Positions 54,365-63,376 are shown, numbered from the whole stretch's first letter. The stretch is DNA of 63,376 nucleotides, filler included, from Actinomycetota bacterium (GCA_046725875.1; 4 parts of 4 records of this genome joined end to end with filler, not necessarily neighbours in it); one strand, 5' to 3'. Notes: generated from the sequence alone by a model not told the origin. Made by a program: numbers and translations.

Positions 54365-54946
54365 TTAGCGACTGCGTTCGAGGAGTGCAGTGAACGCTTT
54401 GCGGGCGCGGATTTCGGCAATCGGGTCGGCAATCAGGCGGTTTGCCTGCTGAAACGCCATCCCGATGCCGAGGAACTCGTACGCGAACTGCTCGGTGTCG
54501 AGGTCCGCCCGGAAGTGGCCCTCGTCGACCGCGATCTGCGCCGCCCTCGCAACCGTGCCGAGCCAGCCGAGCTGATTGGATACGAGCCGGTCACGGATCG
54601 GACCCGGCCGGTCGTCGTACTCGTACGAAAGTGCCAGGAAGAGGCACCCACCCGCGTTTCCGGCGATCCAAGCGATGTAGCGCTCGAAGAGCGCGCGGAC
54701 CCGCGGTTCCCCGCGGGATTCCCCGAGTGCGGGCCGGATGACGTCGTCAACGAACTTGGCGGAAGCGGCGTCCAGCACCTCGCGTTGCAGGGCCTCTTTG
54801 GACTTGAAGTGGGCGAACAGCCCGCTTTTTGACAGGTGCAAGTCATCGGCGAGAGTACCGAGTGTCACGCCCTCGAGACCGACCTCCCGGGCGCGATCCA
54901 ACGCGCGGTCGACGATCAACCGCCTCGTCTCCTCACCCTTGCTCAT
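54365..54946 (-). CDS. TetR family regulator
   Basis: MSKGEETR, TLGTLADDLHLSKSGLFAHFKSKEALQ, GCLF, EYDDRPG. Confidence 0.95.
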   Translation of the reverse strand: MSKGEETRRLIVDRALDRAREVGLEGVTLGTLADDLHLSKSGLFAHFKSKEALQREVLDAASAKFVDDVIRPALGESRGEPRVRALFERYIAWIAGNAGGCLFLALSYEYDDRPGPIRDRLVSNQLGWLGTVARAAQIAVDEGHFRADLDTEQFAYEFLGIGMAFQQANRLIADPIAEIRARKAFTALLERSR

Positions 54947-54958
54947 GAGCCAAGAAAA

Positions 54959-54972
54959 GCACGACCGGTCGT
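54959..54972. promoter_or_regulatory. Putative TetR autoregulatory operator
   Basis: GC + perfect palindrome ACGACCGGTCGT, 12 nt upstream of the TetR ATG. Confidence 0.6.
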
Positions 54973-55150
54973 TTTATGCAAGTGCGATCAACCTGCTGCA
55001 AGCTGCGCTTGGTCGAGTGCTGTCTGTGCGGACTGCCTGCCACGGGGCGGGAGTCCAGATGAATCATGAACAATGCCGATCTTACGACGGCAGCTGAACA
55101 CCAGTGAGGGAGGCAGCGGTGTATGGCACCTGGTCGCCGCCGTGCAAAGG

Positions 55151-55223
55151 CTCCCGCGGAAGGACTCGAACCTTCAACCTGCCGGTTAACAGCCGGACGC
55201 TCTGCCGATTGAGCTACGCGGGA
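55151..55223 (-). tRNA. tRNA-Asn(GTT)
   Basis: TCCCGCG/CGCGGGA acceptor stem, anticodon loop CTGTTAA, GGTTCGAGTCC T-arm; CCA not encoded. Confidence 0.95.
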
Positions 55224-55530
55224 TCGTCGGCAGAGAACCGCCGGACGTCGGCCACTTAGGGTACCCCATCCCCGCCCTTGAACGCCCATCCGAAGGCCGG
55301 CCGAGCGATGGGTGATCAGTGGGCGGTGGGACAGAAGATGATTGCTCGTTCCGGAGATCAATGGCTCGCTACGCCCACCGCCAGCGGCGTGTCCTCTTCC
55401 CACGGTCCACTGAACCACCGCGTTGGGGGTCGAGACGTCAACGCCGGGTCGATTGATCGTCCGTGATTAGCCGACTCTCGATACCGCGGTCCATTGATCA
55501 AGCGAAGGTAGAACCAATTCGATGCCTCGG

Positions 55531-55614
55531 TTGAGCCGGACGTCGGTCGATCGAGCCGGACGTCGGTCGATCGAGCCGGACGTCGGTCGGTCGAGTCGGA
55601 CGTCGGTCGGTCGA
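55531..55614. repeat. Tandem repeat, 20-bp unit x4
   Basis: TCGAGCCGGACGTCGGTCGA-like units at 55531, 55551, 55571, 55591, then TCGA. Confidence 0.9.
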
Positions 55615-55687
55615 CCGAAGGCTTGATCGGCGCAGCGCGGGGTAGCGTCACGATTGTCAACAGGACCACACCCCTGTGGGAGCACCA

Positions 55688-56044
55688 ATGCGTTACAGGC
55701 TTTCCTTCCTCGCTGGCATGGCCACGGGCTATGTGCTCGGCGCGCGGGCCGGCAGAGAAAGGTACGAGCAGATCAAGCTGACCGCACAGAGACTCGCCGG
55801 GAATCCGAAGGTGCAGCAGGCGAGGAACGACCTTCAGCAGAATGCCGTCCAGCTCTTCGGCTCGGCCAAGGACAAGGTATCGGAGAAGATCGGCGACTAC
55901 GAGCTACCGTCCTGGATGCCCGGCCGGCACGCCAGGTCCGATGAGGAGATCGTCGACGAAGGACCAGGCCCGGTCCGGACGCCAAGTTACGCAACCGACG
56001 ACCCCTGGGCCGCCGCAACGAAATCCGACACTCCGCGGCACTGA
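55688..56044 (+). CDS. Small membrane-anchored YtxH-like protein
   Basis: GGGAG RBS; MRYRLSFLAGMATGYVLGARAGRERYEQI. Confidence 0.85.
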   Translation: MRYRLSFLAGMATGYVLGARAGRERYEQIKLTAQRLAGNPKVQQARNDLQQNAVQLFGSAKDKVSEKIGDYELPSWMPGRHARSDEEIVDEGPGPVRTPSYATDDPWAAATKSDTPRH

Positions 56045-56130
56045 CGTCTCGACCAGCAGCGCTCGCGATCAGGTCGGGCGGGCCCATGTCTGGGGTGCGT
56101 CAACCACGCGCTAGAGGTTCGGGGGCGTGG

Positions 56131-56685
56131 TCACACCCCGGTCGTTTGGCGCAGCTCCTCCAGTGCGGTAGCAGCGAGTGCGCGCAGGTCGGGATCGGAG
56201 GGATCGAGTCCCGCGTCGAACAGTGCCGTCCATCGCACGTCGGCTGTTCCTGGTGCGCGACGGGCGCTGAGCCAGACCCCCCGCCGACCACGCAGCGCGA
56301 CGTGGTGACTGACGACGACCGTTGCCGTCACCCGTTCCCGTACCGTCTCCGGCACTGCTCCCGGCGACGCCAACGGGATTTCGGTGCTTCCGTTCGGCAG
56401 TGATGGCTCCGAGATCCGCAACACACCATCCTCGTCGTCCCACTCGGCACGGAGGATGTCCTCATAGGGCAGCCGCCATCCGGCATCGGCCGCAGCGGAT
56501 TTCTCCGCGCCGCCGCCAAGATGTGAATCCACCTGAAGAAGACCCAGCGTCACATAGTGGAGAGCGACGTTGGTTGCGATGGCGTACGACCCGTCCACGG
56601 CCAGGCTCGCGGCGAGCACCCGCTCGCCGCGCGCCATCTGCAACCGGCTCCGTACCTCAGGCGGTAGCCCCTGCCGCCAATGCAT
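56131..56685 (-). CDS. Conserved actinobacterial hypothetical protein
   Basis: GERVLAA, AEWD, PGAVPETVRERVTATVV, FDAGLDPSDP. Confidence 0.75.
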   Translation of the reverse strand: MHWRQGLPPEVRSRLQMARGERVLAASLAVDGSYAIATNVALHYVTLGLLQVDSHLGGGAEKSAAADAGWRLPYEDILRAEWDDEDGVLRISEPSLPNGSTEIPLASPGAVPETVRERVTATVVVSHHVALRGRRGVWLSARRAPGTADVRWTALFDAGLDPSDPDLRALAATALEELRQTTGV

Positions 56686-56714
56686 GACCGATCCGTACGC
56701 CTCCAGCGCGTGGA

Positions 56715-56797
56715 TGAACGGCACCTTCACTCGAAATAGCGAGATATGAATGTGCCGTTCATTCGAACCTATCGGTTGAATGTGCCCTTCATGCGAA
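56715..56797. repeat. Three REP-like palindromic units TGAA-N7-TTCA-NN-CGAA
   Basis: Units at 56715, 56747 and 56777; the core of the first is inverted relative to the other two. Confidence 0.7.
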
Positions 56798-56830
56798 AGA
56801 GCAAAGGCCGGTCGCCATCGCGCCGGGAAA

Positions 56831-57092
56831 CTATCTGATGTAGTCGCGGAGCTGGTCGGCGACGGTGCGGTGGCGCAGCTTGGACAGTGTCTTCGCCTCG
56901 ATCTGACGGACTCGCTCGCGGGTGACCCCGAAGACCCGGCCGACCTCTTCGAGCGTGTGCGGCTCGCCGTCGGTCAGTCCATAGCGCAGCTGGACGACCC
57001 GCTTTTCCCGGTCCCCGAGCGTGCACAGGATCGCGTCGAGGTGCTCACGGAGCAGTGAGCCGGCGGCCGCATCCATCGGCGACATCACATCG
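56831..57092 (-). CDS. Group 1/2 sigma-70 factor, region 4 only (5' part cut by contig end)
   Basis: [39 protein letters not shown]. Confidence 0.93.
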
Positions 57093-57192
57093 NNNNNNNN
57101 NNNNNNNNNNNNNNNNNNNNNNNNNNNNNNNNNNNNTTAATTAATTAANNNNNNNNNNNNNNNNNNNNNNNNNNNNNNNNNNNNNNNNNNNN
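57093..57192. other. Artificial contig linker
   Basis: 44 N + TTAATTAATTAA + 44 N. Confidence 0.98.
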
Positions 57193-57400
57193 AACACGTG
57201 ACCGCGGTCATCGACGATCTCGACCGTGGCCGACCGCTTGTGCGGTCCATCCCGATGATCACGCCCACGCGGAACCTCCCTGCTTGAGTTGGCCAGACTT
57301 GAGCAAGGAGGGCACCGCTACTTCGAGCACAACGAACCCCTTTTGAGCCTCTCCTCGCGGTGCCCGGCGAGGCCGCAGGCCATGTGAGCGCCTGCGGCGG
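57193..57400 (-). mobile_element. IS110-family remnant: transposase N-terminus (57268-57193, frameshifted) plus non-coding leader
   Basis: GGGAGGT RBS, then MGVIIGMD/(one C missing)PHKRSATVEIVDDRGHV, the DEDD first-Asp motif GxDxHK. Outer boundary approximate. Confidence 0.7.
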
Positions 57401-57450
57401 TTAGAGGCGGTCGGGCCCGAAGATCCCGATCAGCGGAAACCAAGCCAGTC

Positions 57451-57486
57451 GGGCCGGAAGGCCACAACCTTAGGGTCCAAGGTCCC
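57451..57486. promoter_or_regulatory. Tandem DosR/DevR-like boxes
   Basis: GGGCCGGAAGGCCA (57451) and GGGTCCAAGGTCCC (57473), 22 bp apart; core GGGAC-N4-GTCCC. Confidence 0.45.
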
Positions 57487-57706
57487 TGGTGTTCCCCATG
57501 CGGCGCACCCACTGTTGGCATGAGGGCGACCGGAAGGGGCTGGCGATGGCGCTCCGCGACCGGGGTCGACGGGTCGACGCCGTTCGGCAGCCGAGAAGGA
57601 CAAACGCTGGCAGACGCAGCGCCCAGCTCGGGCAGCACTGCCATCGGGCAGTCCGTCCGCAGAGGAGCAGCCTCGATCGGCAATCGACGCAATCCAGGGA
57701 GGAATC

Positions 57707-58138
57707 ATGGACTTTTCCGCACGACTGGATGAGCTCCAGCGGCACGTCGCGGGGGCCCGCTCGGCGGTGCAGGTGCCCGCCACCGAGTCTCGTGAGCAGC
57801 TCAGAAGTGGGATTGACCAGACCCAGGACGACCTCGACCAGGCCGTCAAGAACGCCCAGCAGCGCGCCGAGCAGGCCGCCGCCGGCGCGCGCAGCAAGTG
57901 GGCGCAGATGATGGCCGACGCCGCCGCCAAGAGGGACGACGTCAAGGCCAAGATCGACAAGCGAACCCGACAGCTGGACGCCAAGGCCGCCGCCGACGAG
58001 GCGAACGCGGCCGAAGCGGACGCGGCCGACGCCCTCGACTTTGCCGAGTGGGCGATCGACAACGCGAAGCTGGCCATGCTCGACGCCATCGACGCCCGCG
58101 CCTACGCCGACGAGCGCGCCAAGGCGGCGGGCTCCTAG
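57707..58138 (+). CDS. Helical coiled-coil hypothetical protein
   Basis: GGGAGG RBS; Ala/Asp-rich, AEADAADALDFAEWAID motif; strong GC3 bias. Confidence 0.8.
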   Translation: MDFSARLDELQRHVAGARSAVQVPATESREQLRSGIDQTQDDLDQAVKNAQQRAEQAAAGARSKWAQMMADAAAKRDDVKAKIDKRTRQLDAKAAADEANAAEADAADALDFAEWAIDNAKLAMLDAIDARAYADERAKAAGS

Positions 58139-58409
58139 CCCTGGCCCTCCCCGGCCCGTGACGGGTACGGCCCAATAATGAGCGTCTCCGCCACGGCGGG
58201 CTGGCAGAGATGGGGATCGGGCCCGCGGCGGCGGCCGGAAAGCAAGGCGCTAGCAGGAGCGATGTGAGGCCATACACGCACCGCGGGACACCATCCGGAC
58301 CGGCGCACGGGGGGTGCCGGCGACGTGTGGGGGTCCTGCTCCTGGGGGTCCTGTGAACCTGGTCCGGTATGTTCATGCTGTCCTACCGGGTGGGCAGCCC
58401 GGCGGCAGT

Positions 58410-58716
58410 GGCCGCGTTCGTGGGAATGGCCGAAGCCAGCGCCCGCCCACGGGGAGCGGGCCGGCACCGCCGGGAGCGGGGATCCCCCGGACGGTCGCCT
58501 AACTCACATGGTGGCCGAGGCGGGTGAACTCGCCGCGCACCCCGGCGGTATCCCCAGGCGGGATTCTCCCTCGCCAGCCGCAGCACCAGGGCGCGGATCT
58601 CCTTGCTGGTCGCCGGCCGGCCCGGCCGTTCGGATAGGCCCACTTACGCGCGAGGAGAGGCCGGGTGCCAGGCCAAGGGTGACAAGCCGACTGCCATGCA
58701 GTACGGCAGGCAGCAT
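58410..58716 (-). mobile_element. Degenerate integrase-core (rve) transposase remnant
   Basis: RLVT..AWH..RKWAYP / [27 protein letters not shown] / [19 protein letters not shown] across frameshifts and a stop. Confidence 0.75.
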
Positions 58717-58756
58717 GTGCCCGGACAACGTCATGTTCCGCCGAAGGGGAGGTCCG

Positions 58757-59191
58757 ATGACTGAACCGCGTGACTGGCCGATCGACAGGCCTGCAGGCCT
58801 GCGCCCGTGGTTCCTTTCGGCAACGGGCTATCTCGGCGTGTTGTTCGAGGAGCATGCGGAGGCTCAGCGGGCTCAACGAAGCCTCGTCGAGCACGGCGTG
58901 CCCGGACAGGACATCCGCCTGTACACCTCAGAGCAGATCCTAGACACGGAGGCACGGCTCAAGGCCGAACGTTCCGGCCTGGCTCAGGTCATAGCCACCG
59001 TGACGGCCGATCATGAGCTGAGAAGACGCTACCTGGACACCGCCGCTGCCGGAGGTGCGGGACTGTGGCTTTACGCTCCCACCAGGCAACGGGCGAACCA
59101 GCTCATCCAACTGCTGGCCGGCTACGACTACCGGTTGCTGCTCTACCTCGGCGATGAAGGTTCAGAAGCGATCGTTCGCGATCCCGACTGA
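58757..59191 (+). CDS. Hypothetical protein
   Basis: GGGAGGT RBS before ATG; 144-aa globular-looking ORF. Confidence 0.65.
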   Translation: MTEPRDWPIDRPAGLRPWFLSATGYLGVLFEEHAEAQRAQRSLVEHGVPGQDIRLYTSEQILDTEARLKAERSGLAQVIATVTADHELRRRYLDTAAAGGAGLWLYAPTRQRANQLIQLLAGYDYRLLLYLGDEGSEAIVRDPD

Positions 59192-59384
59192 CGCAGCATT
59201 CGGACATGGATCGCGGCGGCGGCCAGCACCCGTCCGGGTCGATGCCCGATGTTCACCGGCCGGCCCGATGGCGTCTGGAAGCGGCACGACGGTCTAGGCG
59301 TTTGGGCGGGTGGTTGTCGGCGGATCCGCCGTGTCGCATCCTGGGCCCTTGGCCACGGGACGCCCGAGCGGGCCGGAGGCGGCG

Positions 59385-60377
59385 GTGAAGCGGATCGAAC
59401 GTGTGCTGCGGGCCGTCGACCGGTTCCAGCAACGCCACAGCGTGCTCGGCTTCCCGATCGGCGTGGTCAAAAAGTTCGGCGACGACGAGGCCGGTAAGCA
59501 CGCCGCACTGCTCGCCTACTACGGGTTCTTCTCCGTGTTCCCCCTCCTGCTGGTGTTCACCACGGTGCTCGGGTACGTGCTCGCCAACGACGCTGAGCTG
59601 CGGCAGCGGGTCATCGACACCGCCATCGACCAGTTCCCGGTGTTGGGTCCGCAGCTGCGCGGCAGCATCGAGACCATCCAGGGCTCCGGCATCGGCCTGC
59701 TCGTCGGCATCGTCGGCACCCTGTGGGGCGGCCTCGGGCTCACGCAAAGCGCCCAGGACGCCATGAACGCGGTCTGGAACGTCCCGCGCAAGGACCGCCC
59801 GGGCTTCTGGTTCCGGCTGGCCCGTGGGTTGGCGGCTCTCCTGCTGCTGGCTGTCGGCATCGTGGCGGCCACCGGCCTGGCTGGTCTTGGCACCACCAGC
59901 CCTGGCGTGTTCGGTCGAATCCTTCCGCTTGCCGGGTCGCTGCTATTCAACTTGCTGCTGCTGGCCGTCATGTTCCAGGCCCTGACCGGGATCTGGGTAG
60001 GGTGGCGGCGGCTGCTTCCCGGCGCCGCCATCGGGGCCGTGGGCTGGAGCGTGCTGCAGGCCTTGGGCGTGTACATCGTTGACCGCCAGCTGGACCGCGC
60101 CAACCTCGTGTACGGCGTGTTCGCCGTCGTTATCGTCCTGCTCTCCTGGCTGTACCTGAGCGCCCAGCTGCTGCTGTATGCGGCGGAGATCAATGTGGTG
60201 CTGGCCCGGCGGCTGTGGCCGCGCAGCCTGGTGCAGCCACCGCTCACCGAGCCGGACAAACGCGTGCTGACCGCACTCGCCGAAACGGAGGAACGCCGGG
60301 CCGGCCAGACCGTCGAGGTCAGGTTCTCCTCCGAGACGGCTGCCCGCGACGACCAACCCCAGCAGGGCGCGAGCTAG
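59385..60377 (+). CDS. YihY/BrkB family membrane protein
   Basis: KKFGDD, AALLAYYGFFSVFPLL, AMNAVW, VYGVFA, LSWLYL, AEINVV. Confidence 0.94.
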   Translation: MKRIERVLRAVDRFQQRHSVLGFPIGVVKKFGDDEAGKHAALLAYYGFFSVFPLLLVFTTVLGYVLANDAELRQRVIDTAIDQFPVLGPQLRGSIETIQGSGIGLLVGIVGTLWGGLGLTQSAQDAMNAVWNVPRKDRPGFWFRLARGLAALLLLAVGIVAATGLAGLGTTSPGVFGRILPLAGSLLFNLLLLAVMFQALTGIWVGWRRLLPGAAIGAVGWSVLQALGVYIVDRQLDRANLVYGVFAVVIVLLSWLYLSAQLLLYAAEINVVLARRLWPRSLVQPPLTEPDKRVLTALAETEERRAGQTVEVRFSSETAARDDQPQQGAS

Positions 60378-60786
60378 GTCGGGCAACCCGGATCGACACA
60401 TCCTGAACTCGTGTCGTCCCGGCGGACATTGCCAGCTCCATCGGGATCGCACGGTGGCCGGCTGCAGCGCGACGAGGAGTGGTGATCTTCGCCGCACGGG
60501 TGGCGGCTGCGCCAGGTCGCCGGGTTCGGCGACACCCCTACTCGCGGGACATCCTTTGTCGCCGCTGGCGTCGTCCACGTGGGTACCGACGCCGCTCGGC
60601 ACTCCGCGTCCGCGATGCCCACCCGTCGGCGTGGATGTTCGGATGGTCGCAGGAGATTCCTCGGCCACTCGTCCTCGAGCCTGACTCGGGACGTGTGCCA
60701 GCACGTCGCTCCGACGTCTCTCGCAGGCCACCGCGCCGCTCGTCGACGAACCCCTCTTGGGCGCCGGATAGGTAATGAATCGGGCG

Positions 60787-60806
60787 TTTGGGCCGTAAGT
60801 CCCTTA
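60787..60806. promoter_or_regulatory. DosR/DevR-like box upstream of USP gene
   Basis: TTTGGGCCGTAAGTCCCTTA matches 15/20 of TTSGGGACTWWAGTCCCSAA; weaker second site 22 bp downstream. Confidence 0.55.
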
Positions 60807-60993
60807 ACTCGAGCCCACTCGGCCCTCAACGTCTGCCCGCCCGATAGGGCACCTTTGGTCTGGAGGCGTCTTTCGGCGTCGCATCGAAGGCCCGGAAATG
60901 GGGGTCGGGCGATGAGGGCTTGCTTGCCGCTCAGCTCCGCTCGGTTCGGTCGGCGCCGACGGACGGTTTTGTAACACCGGAGGGAGGCCCGTT

Positions 60994-61500
60994 ATGGCAT
61001 CCGTCATGGGCAAGGTCGTCGTCGGTGTCGATGGGGCACCCGCCAGCCTGGGCGCTCTAGGGCTCGCCGTCGAGGAGGCGCGCCAGCGGTACGTCTCGGT
61101 GCAGGTTGTCCATGTCGAGGCCGGCGGCGAAGTCGGATCCTGGATGCTCGACGGGATGGCGACGATCAGTTTGGGTTCGGCTGACCGGAGTAGTCGCGGT
61201 ATCCGTCTGGTCGAGGATGCGCTCGTCGAACTCTTCGGTGGCGTCCCTGCCGACGTGCCGATCGGTATAACGATCTCCGCCCCGCCGGTTGGGCCGGCTC
61301 TGGTAAGAGCGGTAAGCGCGTCCGATCTGCTCATCGTCGGGCGAACCAGGCGTGGGCTCGCCCGCCGCCTGTTCCTCGGGTCGGTGAGTGCCTACTGCGC
61401 CGCCCATGCTGCGTGCCCAGTTGTTTGCGTGCCGGCGCCCGAGCCACCGCGGCGCTCGTACGCCACCAAGGGACCGCAAAACAAGATCATACGGAACTGA
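60994..61500 (+). CDS. Universal stress protein
   Basis: VVVGVDG, DLLIVGR, LGSVSAYCAAHAACPVVCV; GGAGGGAGG RBS. Confidence 0.9.
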   Translation: MASVMGKVVVGVDGAPASLGALGLAVEEARQRYVSVQVVHVEAGGEVGSWMLDGMATISLGSADRSSRGIRLVEDALVELFGGVPADVPIGITISAPPVGPALVRAVSASDLLIVGRTRRGLARRLFLGSVSAYCAAHAACPVVCVPAPEPPRRSYATKGPQNKIIRN

Positions 61501-61533
61501 TCCCGGCAGTCCGACATCTTGCAGCACGACCTC

Positions 61534-61710
61534 CCAGTCGTCCTGAGTCAGAGAGTCGCTGTCAATATGCGGGGTGGCTCGAGGATCTCGTCGGCGGTCT
61601 TGGCCCAGCCGTAGGGCTTGGGGTTGTCGTTCCACTGCTGGGCTCGGTCGGTGATGTCCCCGGGCGAGGTGGCGCACAGGGCGATGCACGCCGCGGCTGG
61701 TGTAGCGTCA
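61534..61710 (-). mobile_element. IS630-family transposase 3' remnant with element end
   Basis: RGVHRPVRHLAR/(frameshift)DITDRAQQWNDNPKPYGWAKTADEILE, followed by a terminal-like ...TCTGACTCAGGAC. Confidence 0.7.
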
Positions 61711-62648
61711 CGACGGCGCTCGCCGGGATCGACGACCGGGGCGGGGTCAAGACGGTCACGTGCTTACCATCAAGGACGAGGTCGCCAAGAAGCTGGCTGC
61801 GCTCCAGGTGCGACAGCAGCACAGCAGCCCGCCTACTGAGCGAGGACAAGCGCGAACACGATCGGCATCCGGCCGAGGTCGTCCATGTGCGCGTCGTTCG
61901 AGGTGTCGAGCGCGACGCGTCCTCTCCCCGCGCGAGGCGCATCGGGGCCGCCGCGTATCGCCTGCAGGGCGCCGGTGAACGGCTGGAGGCAGCGGCGGTC
62001 GTATCGGGGCAGCGGATTGGCAGCACTGGCGGCGACGGTTCTCCCGATTCGGCGTCGACGGAAGTCGACGGAAGGAGATTCCGTAGACGACCACGACGAT
62101 GGCGGAGGGCCGACGGCGCGGCTGCGCGTCGGGAGCGGTGATGGCGACGGCCGACAATCAAGACGAGCGCACGACCGGCCGCGAAGCGCCGATGGTGATC
62201 ACGCCGCGGGAGCTGATTCGCCCGGCACGGCAACTCGCCGGCGCAGCCCGCATTCCCGTCTGGCGGGCGTCGATGCGCCCCCGATCATTTCCCACGGCTG
62301 GTCGAACGGGGCACCAGCGATGGTCGGGTTCCGCTGATCATCGGAATCCTGTGGTTGATCTACGCGTTCATCCAAGATTAGGCTGCTGGACCGGCTTTGC
62401 GAGGAGCAAAGTGACCGTCCAGTCCGAGCGAGCAACCGCAGTGCCGGCGAGCAACATGAGTGCCGGCACTCGTCGGGCAGCACGGTGAAGGGGACAAGCT
62501 CATTGACCGCCGTTGCATCTTCGGGCGCCTTGTCGTCACGGTAGCGGCCGGGTGAAGCGCAGGGCAGCAGGTGCCCAGTCCGTGGCAGCGGTGTGGCAGG
62601 CGCGCGCGGGACGCTTTGGTGGTGAAGCCCGGCCAGGGAGAGGCTCCG

Positions 62649-63376
62649 GTGGCGACGGCGTCGGGCGAAGGGAGCCGTCGGGGCGCGGGCGTCGGCGACG
62701 GAACAGTGGTCGGGCGCAGCGCCGGAGACAGTCGCCGCGAGGTCAGCGTCTCGATCTCGATCCGGACGATTCTGCTCGCTGCCGTCGCCGTAGCCCTCGC
62801 GGCGGCGCTGGCGTCGATCAGGAGCGTCCTGCTCGTCATCTTCGTCTCCGTCTTTAGCGTCGCCGTCCTCTCACCGTTGGCGACGGGAATGGAGCGGCGG
62901 CTGGGCTGGAGCCGGCGGCGGTGCTCGACGGTGCTGGTGCTGACGATCGTCGTCGTCATCGCCGTCGTCGCGCTCGTGATCGGGCAGGCGGTCAGCGGCG
63001 CGGTGCGCGGCCTCAGCGACGACCTGCCGCAGATCGTCGACCAGGCCAGGCACAGCGATCTGGGCAACATCATCAACAAGGGGAGCGGCTCGCTCGACAC
63101 GTTGGCCGAACACGCCGGGGACATCACGAGGGGAGCGGGCCAGGCGTCGGGCGGCGTCGTCCACCTCGGGATCTCGGCCTTCGGAGGAGTCACGGCCGCC
63201 TTCTCGGTGATCTTCCTGACCCTCTTCGGGCTGATCGACGAGCCGCGCCTGCGCGACTGGATCGGGGGACTGATCTACCGAGACAAGCGCGAGCGTTATC
63301 TGCGCGTCACCGACCGGATCACCCACACCACCTCGCGCTACATGCTCGGCAACCTGGCGATCTCGGTCGTCTGTGG
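62649..63376 (+). CDS. AI-2E family transporter (runs off window)
   Basis: Open + frame missing from the ORF track: ISIRTILLAA...VLSPL...DLPQIV...SRYMLGNL; GGGAGAGG RBS. Confidence 0.85.
   Translation, partial: MATASGEGSRRGAGVGDGTVVGRSAGDSRREVSVSISIRTILLAAVAVALAAALASIRSVLLVIFVSVFSVAVLSPLATGMERRLGWSRRRCSTVLVLTIVVVIAVVALVIGQAVSGAVRGLSDDLPQIVDQARHSDLGNIINKGSGSLDTLAEHAGDITRGAGQASGGVVHLGISAFGGVTAAFSVIFLTLFGLIDEPRLRDWIGGLIYRDKRERYLRVTDRITHTTSRYMLGNLAISVVC

Noticed and set aside
55531..55614. CRISPR array
   Set aside because: Repeats are directly adjacent with no unique spacers, and no cas genes are present.
56715..56797. Mini-CRISPR
   Set aside because: Linkers are only 9-11 nt and the units are degenerate and partly inverted.
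57283..57303. HspR HAIR-like site CTTGAGT-N7-ACTTGAG
   Set aside because: The right half has two mismatches, it lies in an IS leader, and no chaperone gene is adjacent. No clear HAIR was seen upstream of lon either.

Overview
High-GC actinobacterial DNA, probably a metagenome-assembled or draft genome. It consists of four separate contigs joined by artificial 100-bp linkers (N44-TTAATTAATTAA-N44 at 17260-17359, 40655-40754, 57093-57192), so adjacency across linkers has no biological meaning. Contig 1 (1-17259) is core genome: ABC ATPase, sufRBDCSUT Fe-S operon with an acVLRF1 release-factor homologue appended, Zn peptidase, thiolase, ABC-F plus small HTH, acyl-CoA dehydrogenase and an ABC exporter. 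Contig 2 (17360-40654) is accessory: gene relics, an archaeal-looking ATP-dependent DNA ligase, TetR, a DUF222/HNH gene with overlapping PafBC and LexA sites, a STAND-type ATPase, MMPL, an NhaA-thioredoxin fusion, an E. coli/M. tuberculosis-type frdABCD operon led by a translationally coupled 77-aa Cys/His protein, a large SGNH-like protein, an S9-like lipoprotein and a DGPF/ECF42-type sigma/MFS module with a shared promoter. Contig 3 (40755-57092) has RibD-C, DUF3237, epimerase with an ECF41-type promoter, dioxygenase, EamA/Lrp, relics, lon, MFS, methyltransferase, tRNA-Ile2(CAT), a TetR/hydrolase pair, tRNA-Asn, short repeat arrays and a sigma-70 3' end. Contig 4 (57193-63376) is a decayed mobile region (IS110, integrase-core and IS630 remnants) with YihY, USP and AI-2E genes and DosR-like boxes. 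No CRISPR array or rRNA was seen. All calls come from motif recognition by eye; no database searches were run. The best candidates for something undescribed are the frd leader protein, the suf-linked acVLRF1 and the IS110 leader (possible bridge RNA).
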